From positions 1 through 64,000 of the forward strand of contig JAWCKR010000007.1 of NCBI GenBank assembly GCA_038851755.1: a DNA stretch of 64,000 bases. Direction: 5' to 3'. Within the stretch, counting starts at the first letter, position 1, and each line of letters begins with the position of its first letter. Both the position numbers and the translations under genes were made by a program. The notes beneath the pieces were generated by a model, which made no database searches, was not told where the DNA came from, and saw only the letters and a list, made by a program, of their open reading frames with translations. Below, in pieces: positions 9,687 through 18,658 of this stretch. Source of the stretch: Candidatus Hadarchaeales archaeon. GTDB lineage: Archaea > Hadarchaeota > Hadarchaeia > Hadarchaeales > WYZ-LMO6.

Positions 9687-9959
9687 ATGATAGAGAGGGC
9701 GGTGGAGTGGCTCCTCAAGGACGAGGACGCCAAGAGGATCTTCCGGGCGCTCAACGAGTCCGAGGGGGAGGTGTCAGCCTCCGAGCTGCTCAAGCTCCTC
9801 CCCAGACCCGAGGCCTGGGTCCTCAGGTGCATCCTGGAGAGGATGGTGGACTACGGGGTGCTGAGCAGGACGCCCAACGGTAGGTTCGCCCTCACGGAGA
9901 GCGGCAGGAAGCTCGTGGAGCTGGAGAAGTCCCTGGGAGAAGTGAAGAAGATAGGTTGA
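9687..9959 (+). CDS. Winged helix-turn-helix protein
   Basis: LERMVDYGVL...GRFALTESGRKL wing signature. Confidence 0.75.
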   Translation: MIERAVEWLLKDEDAKRIFRALNESEGEVSASELLKLLPRPEAWVLRCILERMVDYGVLSRTPNGRFALTESGRKLVELEKSLGEVKKIG

Positions 9960-10005
9960 GGCGGACTGTCCCCCAGTTCCGCGGGTGGCTTCAACGACGG
10001 GACTT

Positions 10006-10218
10006 TTAGATCTCGACCATCCGGATGTTGCCGCCCTTAAGGAAGAGGAACCTGTGCTTGCGCAGGAGCTTCTGACCGGAGTACTCCTCCACCTCCTCCA
10101 GCACCAGGTTCTGGTGCTCGTCGCACACCCTCAGGGTCCCCCTGATCTCCCTCCCGTCCTTGGAGAAGACCCTGATGGGAGAACCCACGTGCTCCTCCAG
10201 CTTCGGGACCTCTGCCAT
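10006..10218 (-). CDS. Sm-like archaeal protein (SmAP/Lsm)
   Basis: Sm1 (GREIRGTLRVCDEHQNLVL) and Sm2 (LFLKGGNI) motifs. Confidence 0.85.
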   Translation of the reverse strand: MAEVPKLEEHVGSPIRVFSKDGREIRGTLRVCDEHQNLVLEEVEEYSGQKLLRKHRFLFLKGGNIRMVEI

Positions 10219-10255
10219 CGCTCCCTATAAGGTGGGGAGACTTAAAGGATATGGG

Positions 10256-11044
10256 ATGCCCAGGGCCATCTTCACCGGCAACCTCTCCTTCGGCCTGGTG
10301 AACATACCCGTCAAAATCTACCCTGCCACCAGGTCCAGGGGGACGGCCCTCCGTACCCTCCACGCTTCCTGCCACACCCCCCTCCAGCACAAGAGGTGGT
10401 GCCCCCACTGCGGGAGGGAGGTACCTCAGGAGGAGGTGGAGTCAGGCTTCGAGCTCTCGAAAGAGAGGATCATCCCCCTCAGGGAGGAGGAGCTCTCCGC
10501 CATCCTGCCCAAGAGCGCCAAGACCATAGAGATCTTCAACTTCGTGGACCCTGCCTCCATCGACCCCCTCTACCCCGAGTCCCACTACCACGTGGTGCCG
10601 CAGGAGGGCGGGGAGAGGGCCTTCTCCCTCTTCAGGGAGGTCCTGTCCCTCACCAACAAGCTGGCCGTGGGAAAGATGACCCTGAGGGCCAGGGAGCACG
10701 TGGTGGTCCTGCGCTCCTACCGGGAGGGACTGCTCCTCTCCACCCTCCACTACAAGAACGAGATCGTCGACCCCTCGGAGCTGAAGGAGCTGCGGAACCT
10801 GCCTCCGTCCTCCGAGAGGGAGAGAGAGCTGGCCAGAAAACTCCTGGAGAGCCTGAGCGGGGAGTTCAGGCCTGAGGATTACAGGGACACCTTCAGGGAG
10901 GCCCTGATGGAGCTGGTGAGGAGGAAGGCGGAGGGGGAGGTCCTGCCCGCTCCCCGTGAAGAGAAGAAGGAGGCTCCGCCCGACCTGATGAAAGCTCTGG
11001 AGGCCAGCCTCGCGGAGGCCAGGAAGAAGAAAGCTGGAACCTGA
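10256..11044 (+). CDS. ku: Ku protein (prokaryotic NHEJ)
   Basis: MPRAIFTGNLSFGLVNIPVKIY, IDPLY, F.PEDYRD, DLMKALEASL. Confidence 0.93.
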   Translation: MPRAIFTGNLSFGLVNIPVKIYPATRSRGTALRTLHASCHTPLQHKRWCPHCGREVPQEEVESGFELSKERIIPLREEELSAILPKSAKTIEIFNFVDPASIDPLYPESHYHVVPQEGGERAFSLFREVLSLTNKLAVGKMTLRAREHVVVLRSYREGLLLSTLHYKNEIVDPSELKELRNLPPSSERERELARKLLESLSGEFRPEDYRDTFREALMELVRRKAEGEVLPAPREEKKEAPPDLMKALEASLAEARKKKAGT

Positions 11045-11046
11045 AC

Positions 11047-12006
11047 ATGGGACTGCCCCTCCTGAAGCCCATGCTGGCCAGGACCGGATCCCTCTCGGAC
11101 TTGGAAAGGGAGAACTTCCTCTGGGAGCCCAAGCTGGACGGCACCAGGGCCCTGGTCTACAGGGAGGGGGAGAGGGTTCGCTTCCTCAACCGGAGGGGGA
11201 AGTGGATCGAATACCGGTACCCAGAGCTCTCCCCCCTCCACCGCTCCCTCCTCCCCGACCCCTGTCTCCTGGACGGGGAGATCGTGGTCCTGGAAGCAGG
11301 GTTCCCCAGCTTCCCACTCCTCCAGGAGAGGGAGCAACAGGAAAATCCGCTCAGAATAGAACTCCTCTCCCGTCTCCATCCTGCCACGCTGGTGGTCTTC
11401 GACCTGCTGGTTTCAGGGGGAAGAGAGCTCCTCTCCCTCCCCCTGCTCGAGAGGAAGGAACTCCTCTCCGAAGCCGTTGAGGAGGGGGAGAGGCTCAGGC
11501 TCTGCCTCCACACGGAGGAGGGAAAGGAGCTGTGGGAGAGCGTGACGAAGATGGGGCTGGAGGGGGTGATGGGAAAGAGGAAGAATTCACCCTACCGACC
11601 GGGGATCAGGAGCCCGGACTGGCTCAAGCTCAAGGCTGTGAAGACCCTCGACGCCGTAATCCTGGGATATACCCCGGGGGAGGGACAGAGGGAGCCCTAC
11701 TTCGGGTCCCTGGCGCTGGGCGCCTACCTGGGGGGGAAGCTGGTTTTTTTGGGAAAGGTGGGGACGGGGTTCGATAGCAAGACCATGGAAGAGCTCTTCC
11801 CCCTGCTGAGGAAGCTCGAGACCGAAAAGAGACCCGTGGAGGAGGAGCCACCCTACCAGGTGAGGTGGGTGGAACCCAGGATGGTGTGCGAGGTGAAGTA
11901 CCTGGAGCTCACCAGGGACCTGAAGCTCAGAGCACCCTCCTTCGTGAGGATGAAAGAGAAGGACCCAGAGGAGTGCGAGCTGGAGCTTCCGGAGAATAAG
12001 ACTTAA
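11047..12006 (+). CDS. ATP-dependent DNA ligase, LigD ligase-domain type
   Basis: EPKLDG adenylation motif, LDGEIV, FDLL, EGVMGK, WLKLK, GKVGTGF, LRAPSF. Confidence 0.9.
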   Translation: MGLPLLKPMLARTGSLSDLERENFLWEPKLDGTRALVYREGERVRFLNRRGKWIEYRYPELSPLHRSLLPDPCLLDGEIVVLEAGFPSFPLLQEREQQENPLRIELLSRLHPATLVVFDLLVSGGRELLSLPLLERKELLSEAVEEGERLRLCLHTEEGKELWESVTKMGLEGVMGKRKNSPYRPGIRSPDWLKLKAVKTLDAVILGYTPGEGQREPYFGSLALGAYLGGKLVFLGKVGTGFDSKTMEELFPLLRKLETEKRPVEEEPPYQVRWVEPRMVCEVKYLELTRDLKLRAPSFVRMKEKDPEECELELPENKT

Positions 12007-12027
12007 GGGGGGTTTACTAGTTTATTC

Positions 12028-12102
12028 GGGCCCATAGCTCAGCGGTAGAGCGCCCGCTTCGCAGGCGGGAGGTCGCGGGTTCGAATCCCGCTGGGTCCAC
12101 CA
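12028..12102 (+). tRNA. tRNA-Ala(CGC), intron-less, CCA encoded
   Basis: GGGCCCA TA GCTC...GAGC G CCCGC TT CGC AG GCGGG AGGTC GCGGG TTCGAAT CCCGC TGGGTCC A CCA; G3:U70 Ala determinant. Confidence 0.96.
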
Positions 12103-12192
12103 TCTCTTCCTTATCTCCATCCGAAAACCCCAAAGGAACCACACCCTACTTCACATATCGCCAAATCCGCCAGCCGAAAAATCCGCGGTTTT

Positions 12193-12603
12193 CTATTTCC
12201 TCCTCTCGAACTCCCTCAGGAACTCGGAGGGCCTGCATATCCTTACTCCCAGGTAGTCCCCGAACTTCAGCAGGTGGCGGTCGTTGGTGATTAAGTAGTC
12301 CGCCCCTCCCCACAGAGCGCAGTTGAGGAGCTTGTTGTCATCCGGATCCTCCATGAGCAGTGGAAGTTCCTCCCGCACCTCCACCTCCTCCGCCTCCTTC
12401 AGGAGTTTCCTCACCTTCGACCGGAACTCCCCCTCGCAACCCACCCTCCCGAGCATTCTCCTCACCTCCGACTTCACCCTGTCGGAAAGGAGGGCCTGAC
12501 ATCTTCCCCCCAGACACAGGTTGAGAATCCTGGCGGAAGCGCTTCTGGAGTTGAAGCGTGCCCCTATGAAGAGGTTGGTGTCTGGAACCACTCTCGGCTT
12601 CAT
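12193..12603 (-). CDS. PIN-domain protein (putative toxin, PIN_3-like)
   Basis: VVPDTNLF, DPDDNKLL, ADYLITNDRHLL. Confidence 0.85.
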   Translation of the reverse strand: MKPRVVPDTNLFIGARFNSRSASARILNLCLGGRCQALLSDRVKSEVRRMLGRVGCEGEFRSKVRKLLKEAEEVEVREELPLLMEDPDDNKLLNCALWGGADYLITNDRHLLKFGDYLGVRICRPSEFLREFERRK

Positions 12604-12683
12604 TCCACCCTGGACTTCTTTCGCCACTAGATATACCCTCTGGCTACCCTTTAAATCCTGGCCTGAGGAGAAAAAGCCGGGGA

Positions 12684-13925
12684 GTGACAGAACTCAGGGA
12701 AGTCGTGGTGGTGGAAGCCGTCCGCACCCCTACGGGGAAATCCGGATGGGCGGGGGCGGAAAAGAGGGGGGCCTTCTCAGAGGTTTCCTCACAGTACCTG
12801 CTGGCCGTGGTTCTCCGTGGTCTGGTGGAGAGGGTAAAGGGGAGGTGCTCGGCTTTCGACGAGAGGGAGATAGAGGACGTGGCCGTGGGATGCCTCAGCC
12901 AGATAGGGGAGCAGGGGCTCAACCTGGGAAGGCTTGGGGTGATGGCCGCGGACCTTCCCCTGGAGACCGCAGGCTGGACCATCAACCGCTACTGCAACGC
13001 CGGCCTCCAGGCCATCAACTCCCAGGCTCAGGCCCTCATGTCCGGGTGCGGGGAGATAGCCATAGCCGCGGGGGTGGAAAACATGAGCCACTACCCCATA
13101 GGGTCCGACCTGGAAGCAGCACTGAAAGCCGGCTTCCCCATCTCCTTCCATCCCAGGGTGGAGGAGAGGGGGGCCCTCCAGGTGATGGGGGTCTCCGCGG
13201 AGCTGGTGGCGGAGAAGTACGGGCTCACGAGGGAGGACCAGGACCGGTTCGCCCTCTGGAGCCACCAGAAAGCCGTGAGGGCGATGAGGGACGAAGACTG
13301 GTACAGGAAGCGCGTGATCCCGGTAGAGGTGGAAAAGGAGGGGGAAAGGGTGAGGGTGGAGAGGGACGAACCCCCCAGACCCATTTCTCTGGACGATCCG
13401 CTCGCAGCCTTGGAGCGCCTGAGGGCCCTCCCGCCGAGGTTCAAGGAGAACGGTACCGTCACCGCCGGGAACTCCTCCGCCATCGCGGACGGGGCGGCAG
13501 CGGTGATGCTGATGACCCTGGAAAAGGCGGACGAGCTTGGGCTCAGACCGCTCGCCAAGATAAGGTCAATGGCCGTGGCAGGGGCCGATCCCGTGACCAT
13601 GCTGCTGGGGCCCCTTCCTGCCATGCGTAAAGCCCTGGCCAGAGCGAAGCTGAGGATGGAGGAGGTGGAAGTTTGGGAGCCCAACGAGGCCTTCGCCTCT
13701 CCAGTGCTGGCTTTCTGCAAGGAGTTCGGGGTGCCCTTCGACGATCCACGCATCAACCCCACGGGAGGGGCCATAGCCATAGGCCATCCCATAGGGTGCA
13801 GCGGGGTCCTCTACTTCACGGAGATGGTCCACTGGCTGAACCGCCACCGTCTCAGGTACGGACTGCAAACCCTGTGCGGAGGGGGCGGAGTGGGAATAGC
13901 CACGGTGGTGGAAGGTGTGGGATAA
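12684..13925 (+). CDS. Acetyl-CoA C-acyltransferase (thiolase)
   Basis: INRYCNAG (Cys), NEAF, GHPIG, CGGGG. Confidence 0.93.
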   Translation: MTELREVVVVEAVRTPTGKSGWAGAEKRGAFSEVSSQYLLAVVLRGLVERVKGRCSAFDEREIEDVAVGCLSQIGEQGLNLGRLGVMAADLPLETAGWTINRYCNAGLQAINSQAQALMSGCGEIAIAAGVENMSHYPIGSDLEAALKAGFPISFHPRVEERGALQVMGVSAELVAEKYGLTREDQDRFALWSHQKAVRAMRDEDWYRKRVIPVEVEKEGERVRVERDEPPRPISLDDPLAALERLRALPPRFKENGTVTAGNSSAIADGAAAVMLMTLEKADELGLRPLAKIRSMAVAGADPVTMLLGPLPAMRKALARAKLRMEEVEVWEPNEAFASPVLAFCKEFGVPFDDPRINPTGGAIAIGHPIGCSGVLYFTEMVHWLNRHRLRYGLQTLCGGGGVGIATVVEGVG

Positions 13926-13928
13926 GGC

Positions 13929-15209
13929 TCAGATCCTCTTTATCCTCACCAGGTGAGTGGCACAGGAGATGCAGGGGTCGTAGGCCCTGGCGATCATCTC
14001 CAGAACCCTCTCCAGCTCCTTGGGGTTCTTCATCAACTTGGGGGCCGCCACCCTGAAGTCCTTGTCCACGTTGGCGGCGTTCATCGCGGTGGGTGTGATC
14101 ACGTCCGCCCACACCACCCTCCCCTTCGCATCGAACCTGTAGGAGTGGATCAGAATACCACGGGGGGCCTCCACAGAAGCCGTTCCCGCTCCGGCTTTCG
14201 GTTTCACCTCTACCGGTTCCTCTTTCTTGATCCCAGAGCTGAGCAGCTCCTCCACATCGGAGATGCAGCGGTCCACGCTGTGAACCAGCTCTATGGCCTG
14301 GGCCAGGTTGTTGGAAATGGAGTTCTGGTAGTCCAGTTTGGCACGGTGCTGTTTGAAGAGCTCCTTCGCCTCGCCTTCCAGCCTCTCTCCGAAGAGTCTC
14401 ACCCTGGCCAGTGCCCCCACCATGAAGGGCTTGCCCTTGTAGGAGGAGTGCTTGGCCCTGGAATGCTTCACCGTGGTCTCCTTGATGTACTTCCTGTAAT
14501 CGTGGACATCCCAGCTCTCACCATCCGAGGCCGAGTGTCTCAAGCCGAAGTACCCGAACCTCTTCCCGGGATCCACCGCAATGAAGGTGTTCTCGGACTT
14601 CGGGGCTTCAGGGAGCTCGAAGGAGGAGAGGAGCTTCACGGAGAGAAGGGCTACATCTCTGTTGAGCTGCATGGCCTCTTTGATCCTCTTCAAATCCTGC
14701 TCGGAGGGAAGCGTGGCGAAGCCACCCACCCTCTCGTTCATCCCGTGCACCTCCCTTCCCGTGAGGAGGTTGTGCACGAGGTTGCCGGCCTTCTTAAGCT
14801 GGAGGGCACCCTTCACCTCCTTGGGATACTTCTGGGCCATGTGCACCACGCTCGGGAAGCCCAAAAAGTCCGGAAGGGCCAGGGCGAACACGTGGAGGGC
14901 GTGGCTCTCCACCATTTCCCCGTGGATGAGCAGATCCCTGAGGAGCTCGGTCTGCTTAGAAACCTTCACCCCCAGCGCGTCCTCCACCGCCTTGACGGAG
15001 GCCATGCTGTGGGAGCAGGTGCAGATGGCGCAGATCCTCCTCATCACATCGGGAACCTTCTCGTAGTGCATCCCCTTGATGAAGGACTCGAAGAACCTGG
15101 GACCCTCGAAGAGGTTGAACTTCACGTCCCTTACCTGATTCCCCTCTATCTCCACCTCTATTCCGCCTTCTCCCTCCACCCTGGCCAGAGGCTCCACTTC
15201 TATCTTCAT
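13929..15209 (-). CDS. hydA: Group 3b [NiFe]-hydrogenase large (alpha) subunit
   Basis: RVEGEG, RICAIC (L1), EAPRG, DPCISCATH (L2) followed by a short C-terminal extension. Confidence 0.93.
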   Translation of the reverse strand: MKIEVEPLARVEGEGGIEVEIEGNQVRDVKFNLFEGPRFFESFIKGMHYEKVPDVMRRICAICTCSHSMASVKAVEDALGVKVSKQTELLRDLLIHGEMVESHALHVFALALPDFLGFPSVVHMAQKYPKEVKGALQLKKAGNLVHNLLTGREVHGMNERVGGFATLPSEQDLKRIKEAMQLNRDVALLSVKLLSSFELPEAPKSENTFIAVDPGKRFGYFGLRHSASDGESWDVHDYRKYIKETTVKHSRAKHSSYKGKPFMVGALARVRLFGERLEGEAKELFKQHRAKLDYQNSISNNLAQAIELVHSVDRCISDVEELLSSGIKKEEPVEVKPKAGAGTASVEAPRGILIHSYRFDAKGRVVWADVITPTAMNAANVDKDFRVAAPKLMKNPKELERVLEMIARAYDPCISCATHLVRIKRI

Positions 15210-15961
15210 CCCTTCACCTCCAGGATTTCTGGATAGTTGGCCGCGAACATGCGCAGCCTGGCCCTAACGTAATCGGGCTTGAAGCCCGCCTCCTTGAACA
15301 CCTGCATGGCGCTCTTCACCCTGGCCTCCCCCTCTATCACCCCCCTGCATCCTATGCAGTCCACTCTCAGCGAGGGACAGCGGGCCTTGCATCCTCCCAC
15401 CGTGATGGGGCCCAGGCACAGCTTCCCCTCCAGCATGAGGCACCCGTTCTCTTTGAGCTTGCACTCCACGCACACGGGGTAATCCACCGCCTCCGGGAGG
15501 TCGCCCCTCAACAGGGAAGCCGCAGCCCTCAGGAACTCCTCCTTTTCGATCGGGCAGCCAGGCAGGACGAAGTCCACCTTCACATAAGCCGAGAGGGGCT
15601 TTGACTCGTAGATCTCCCAGACGTCTGGAGCTCCGTAGACCTCCTTCATCTTCTCCTTCACTTCCAGGATTCCGTTGCAGCTGGCCTGCACCCCTCCCCA
15701 GGCGGCACAGTCACCCAATGCCACCAGGAGCTTCGCCTTCTTCCTGATCTCCTCCAGCTTCTGCTTCTGCTTGGGCGTGGTGATGGATCCCTCCACGAAG
15801 GCCACGTCGTACTCGCTGTCCTCCACGGCGCTGCTGGCCATCGTGAAGGACTTCAGGTCCAGGGCACCCACCAGGTCCAACAGCTCGTCCTCCAAGTTGA
15901 GGATCATGAGCTGATCCCCGGCGCATCCCGTGAACCCGAAGATCCCCACCCTGGGCTTCAT
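15206..15961 (-). CDS. hydD: Group 3b hydrogenase small (delta) subunit
   Basis: MKPRVG..FTGCAGD, EGS, GDCA, PGCP, CVEC...CLGP...CP...CIGC. Confidence 0.9.
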   Translation of the reverse strand: MKPRVGIFGFTGCAGDQLMILNLEDELLDLVGALDLKSFTMASSAVEDSEYDVAFVEGSITTPKQKQKLEEIRKKAKLLVALGDCAAWGGVQASCNGILEVKEKMKEVYGAPDVWEIYESKPLSAYVKVDFVLPGCPIEKEEFLRAAASLLRGDLPEAVDYPVCVECKLKENGCLMLEGKLCLGPITVGGCKARCPSLRVDCIGCRGVIEGEARVKSAMQVFKEAGFKPDYVRARLRMFAANYPEILEVKG

Positions 15962-16797
15962 CCTATCAACCCCTTGATCTGCAGGGCGTCCACCCCGGTG
16001 AAGACGGGCCCGTCCTTGCACACGTACCTCATGGAGGTCCCCGCCCCCACCACGCAGTGTCTGCACTTTCCTATCCCGCATTTCATCCTCCTCTCCATCG
16101 TCATGTAAATCCTCTCCGGGGGGAAGTTCTTGTCCATGAGCTCCTTGAACACGAACCTGTACATCACCGGTGGACCACACACCACCGCGTAGGCATCCGG
16201 GTTCAGGTCCACCATGCCGAAGAGCTTCGTGACCACCCCCTCGCACACGCGCTCCGGGCACTTCTTTTTCATGTTCTTACACACCTCATCCTCCTTCTCA
16301 TAGGAGAGGTAGACCCTGCAGTCCTTGGAGTCCATGAGCTTCATGATCTCATCCTTGAAGAGCATCAGGCTGTAATCCCTTATCCCGTACAGGAGGAGAA
16401 TTTCCTTATATTCCTTCCTGTGATCCAGCGCATACTGCAGAACGCCCCTCAGAGGGGCCATTCCCAGGCCGCCCGAAACCAAGATGAGGTCGTGCCCCTT
16501 CATCTTCTCCATCGGAAAACCGTTCCCGTAGGGGCCTCTCACCCCCACCTTGTCACCCGGTGAGAGACGGTGGAGGGCGGCGGTGACCCTGCCCACCCTC
16601 CTCACGCAGATCTCGGTGGGCTTCCTGGTGGGAGAAGAGCAGATGGAAATGGGGGCCTCCCCCACTCCCGCCACGCTCACCTCCATGAACTGACCTGGCC
16701 TGTGGTTCAGGGAGATGTCGAGCTGGATGAGCTTCTCTATGGGAGTTTGCTCCTCCACCTTCAGCAACCTCGCCTGTCTGGGAAGAAGCTCGTTCAT
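15958..16797 (-). CDS. hydG: Group 3b hydrogenase gamma subunit (FAD/NAD(P), 2Fe-2S)
   Basis: GPYGNGF, GGLGMAP, CGPPVM, MKCGIGKCRHC...CKDGPVF. Confidence 0.9.
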   Translation of the reverse strand: MNELLPRQARLLKVEEQTPIEKLIQLDISLNHRPGQFMEVSVAGVGEAPISICSSPTRKPTEICVRRVGRVTAALHRLSPGDKVGVRGPYGNGFPMEKMKGHDLILVSGGLGMAPLRGVLQYALDHRKEYKEILLLYGIRDYSLMLFKDEIMKLMDSKDCRVYLSYEKEDEVCKNMKKKCPERVCEGVVTKLFGMVDLNPDAYAVVCGPPVMYRFVFKELMDKNFPPERIYMTMERRMKCGIGKCRHCVVGAGTSMRYVCKDGPVFTGVDALQIKGLIG

Positions 16798-17780
16798 TTC
16801 GCCTCACCCCTCACCGCCGAGAGCATCTCCACGAAGTCTATCCCGGCGGGACAGTAGACGGTGCACCTCCCGCACCCCACGCACCTCACCTCCTCTCCCA
16901 CCTTGCAGCTGAGCCTGTTGATCGTCCTCTCCACCACCGTGGGCCTGAAGTTCAGCCCACCAGCTACCAGCGCGTGCCTTTTGAGCATGCAGGAATCCCA
17001 CCTGCGCACCCTGCTTCCCTTCCTGATATCGAGGGTCAGAAGGTCTGAAACATCGTAGCACTGGCAGGTGGGGCAAACCAAATTGCATGTACCGCAAGCC
17101 AGGCACTTCGCCGTGATCTCCTCCCATCCCTCCTTCCCCTCCGTCTCTATCAGGTCGCCTATCCCCATCAGGTTGATCTTCCTCTTGACTTTGCCTGCCC
17201 TTTTCTCCTCCAACTTCGCCGCAAGCTTCACCTCTGCCTCCCCAGCCTCCTTGAAGTAGCCCTCCTTGGAGAGCCTGTACCCCTCTCCGCTCCCCACCCT
17301 CACCAGATATTCCTTCCCGAGGTCATGCAGGAAGAGGTCGAAACCTCCGGAGGCATATCCGCTACCCACTGAGGTGCAGAAGCAGTACTTGTCCGGAACA
17401 CACGTTATCCCCACCACCAGGGTGTTCTCCCTCCTCCTGGCGTAGTACTCGTCCCTGGGAGCGTCTAGGAAGACCCTGTCCAGCTTGAGGAAGCCGTTGA
17501 TATCGCAGGCGTGGACGCCGAAGAGCACCGCCTTCTTACCATCAAGCTTTTCGGTGTAGCTCTCGCCCTCGTAGGACATTATCTCCTCTTCCGGCTGGAG
17601 GAAGAGCTTCTTCGGGGGTAGGAGGGTCCTGGTGTAATCCAGCTTCACCTCCTTCAAGTCCCCCACCTTTTTGAAAACCACCTTCCCCCCCTCCTCCACG
17701 GGGGCAAACACCTCGCCATAACCCTTCAAACTCTGGAAAAGCTTGGGGAGGTCGGCCTTGGCGAGCTTGGCATACCTCAT
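16794..17780 (-). CDS. hydB: Group 3b hydrogenase beta subunit (4Fe-4S)
   Basis: CLACGTCNLVCPTCQC, WDSC, CVGCGRCTVYCP; operon position. Confidence 0.9.
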   Translation of the reverse strand: MRYAKLAKADLPKLFQSLKGYGEVFAPVEEGGKVVFKKVGDLKEVKLDYTRTLLPPKKLFLQPEEEIMSYEGESYTEKLDGKKAVLFGVHACDINGFLKLDRVFLDAPRDEYYARRRENTLVVGITCVPDKYCFCTSVGSGYASGGFDLFLHDLGKEYLVRVGSGEGYRLSKEGYFKEAGEAEVKLAAKLEEKRAGKVKRKINLMGIGDLIETEGKEGWEEITAKCLACGTCNLVCPTCQCYDVSDLLTLDIRKGSRVRRWDSCMLKRHALVAGGLNFRPTVVERTINRLSCKVGEEVRCVGCGRCTVYCPAGIDFVEMLSAVRGEAK

Positions 17781-17835
17781 TGAATCTTTTCTTCTTCAAA
17801 CCCTACTTAAAAAGCTTTTCTCTCAAGGCCGAACT

Positions 17836-18654
17836 TTACCTCAACCTTACGGAACCTGTGAGGGCCACCCCCCTGCTCGTGGACACCCTGAGGAGGTAGT
17901 CCATCTCCCTCTTCCATCCCTCCACCCTCAGAGAGTCCCCAGGGAAAACCACTCCGGAGAACCTGGCCCTGAGGGAGCCGAACCTTCCTGGGTCATTGTC
18001 GCAGAGGCTTCGGAGCAGCAACCTGCCCACCACCCCGAAGGTACATAAGCCGTGCAGGATGGGCCTCTCGAAGCCCGCCAGCCTGGCGAACTCCGGATCC
18101 ACGTGCAGGGGGTTGAGGTCCCCCGAAAGCCTGTAAAGGAGGTTGAGGTTCTCTCCCACCTTTACCTCCCCCGAGAGGTCGGGAGGGAGGGAGGGGAACT
18201 CTTCCCTATAGCTGGGCCCTCTCTCCCCGCCAAAACCTCCCTCCCCCACGAAGAGGAGGGAGGCCACGTTTTCGAAGAGGAGTCTCCCCTCTGCATCCCT
18301 GCTCTTCATCTCCACGGTAGCCAGGGCGTGCTTCCCCTTGTCGTAGAGGGAGGCTATCCTCCCCGTGGTGTAGACCTTTCCTTCCGGAGGAAGGGAGTGA
18401 TGGAGGATCAGCTCGTGCCCAGCGTGCAACAACTTGGTCAGGTCCCCCTCGAGGGTCTCCAAGGCCCAGAGGAGGATGGGATAAGAGGGAAGCACGGCGA
18501 AGGTGGGATATACTTTCAACCTCCCCTCGTACACGAACTCCAGGTCCTCGTTCCCCGCCCCTATCCCCAAGGCGTACAGGATCACATCCTTCCAGGAATA
18601 GGAGAACTCCAGGGGGCCAGTTTCTTTCCCCACCGCTCCGGTGTTCAGCGACAT
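17836..18654 (-). CDS. MaoC / hydratase-2 type (R)-specific enoyl-CoA hydratase
   Basis: ILYALGIG and the YRLSGDLNPLHVDP...ILHGLCTFG hydratase-2 motif. Confidence 0.9.
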   Translation of the reverse strand: MSLNTGAVGKETGPLEFSYSWKDVILYALGIGAGNEDLEFVYEGRLKVYPTFAVLPSYPILLWALETLEGDLTKLLHAGHELILHHSLPPEGKVYTTGRIASLYDKGKHALATVEMKSRDAEGRLLFENVASLLFVGEGGFGGERGPSYREEFPSLPPDLSGEVKVGENLNLLYRLSGDLNPLHVDPEFARLAGFERPILHGLCTFGVVGRLLLRSLCDNDPGRFGSLRARFSGVVFPGDSLRVEGWKREMDYLLRVSTSRGVALTGSVRLR

Positions 18655-18658
18655 GTTT

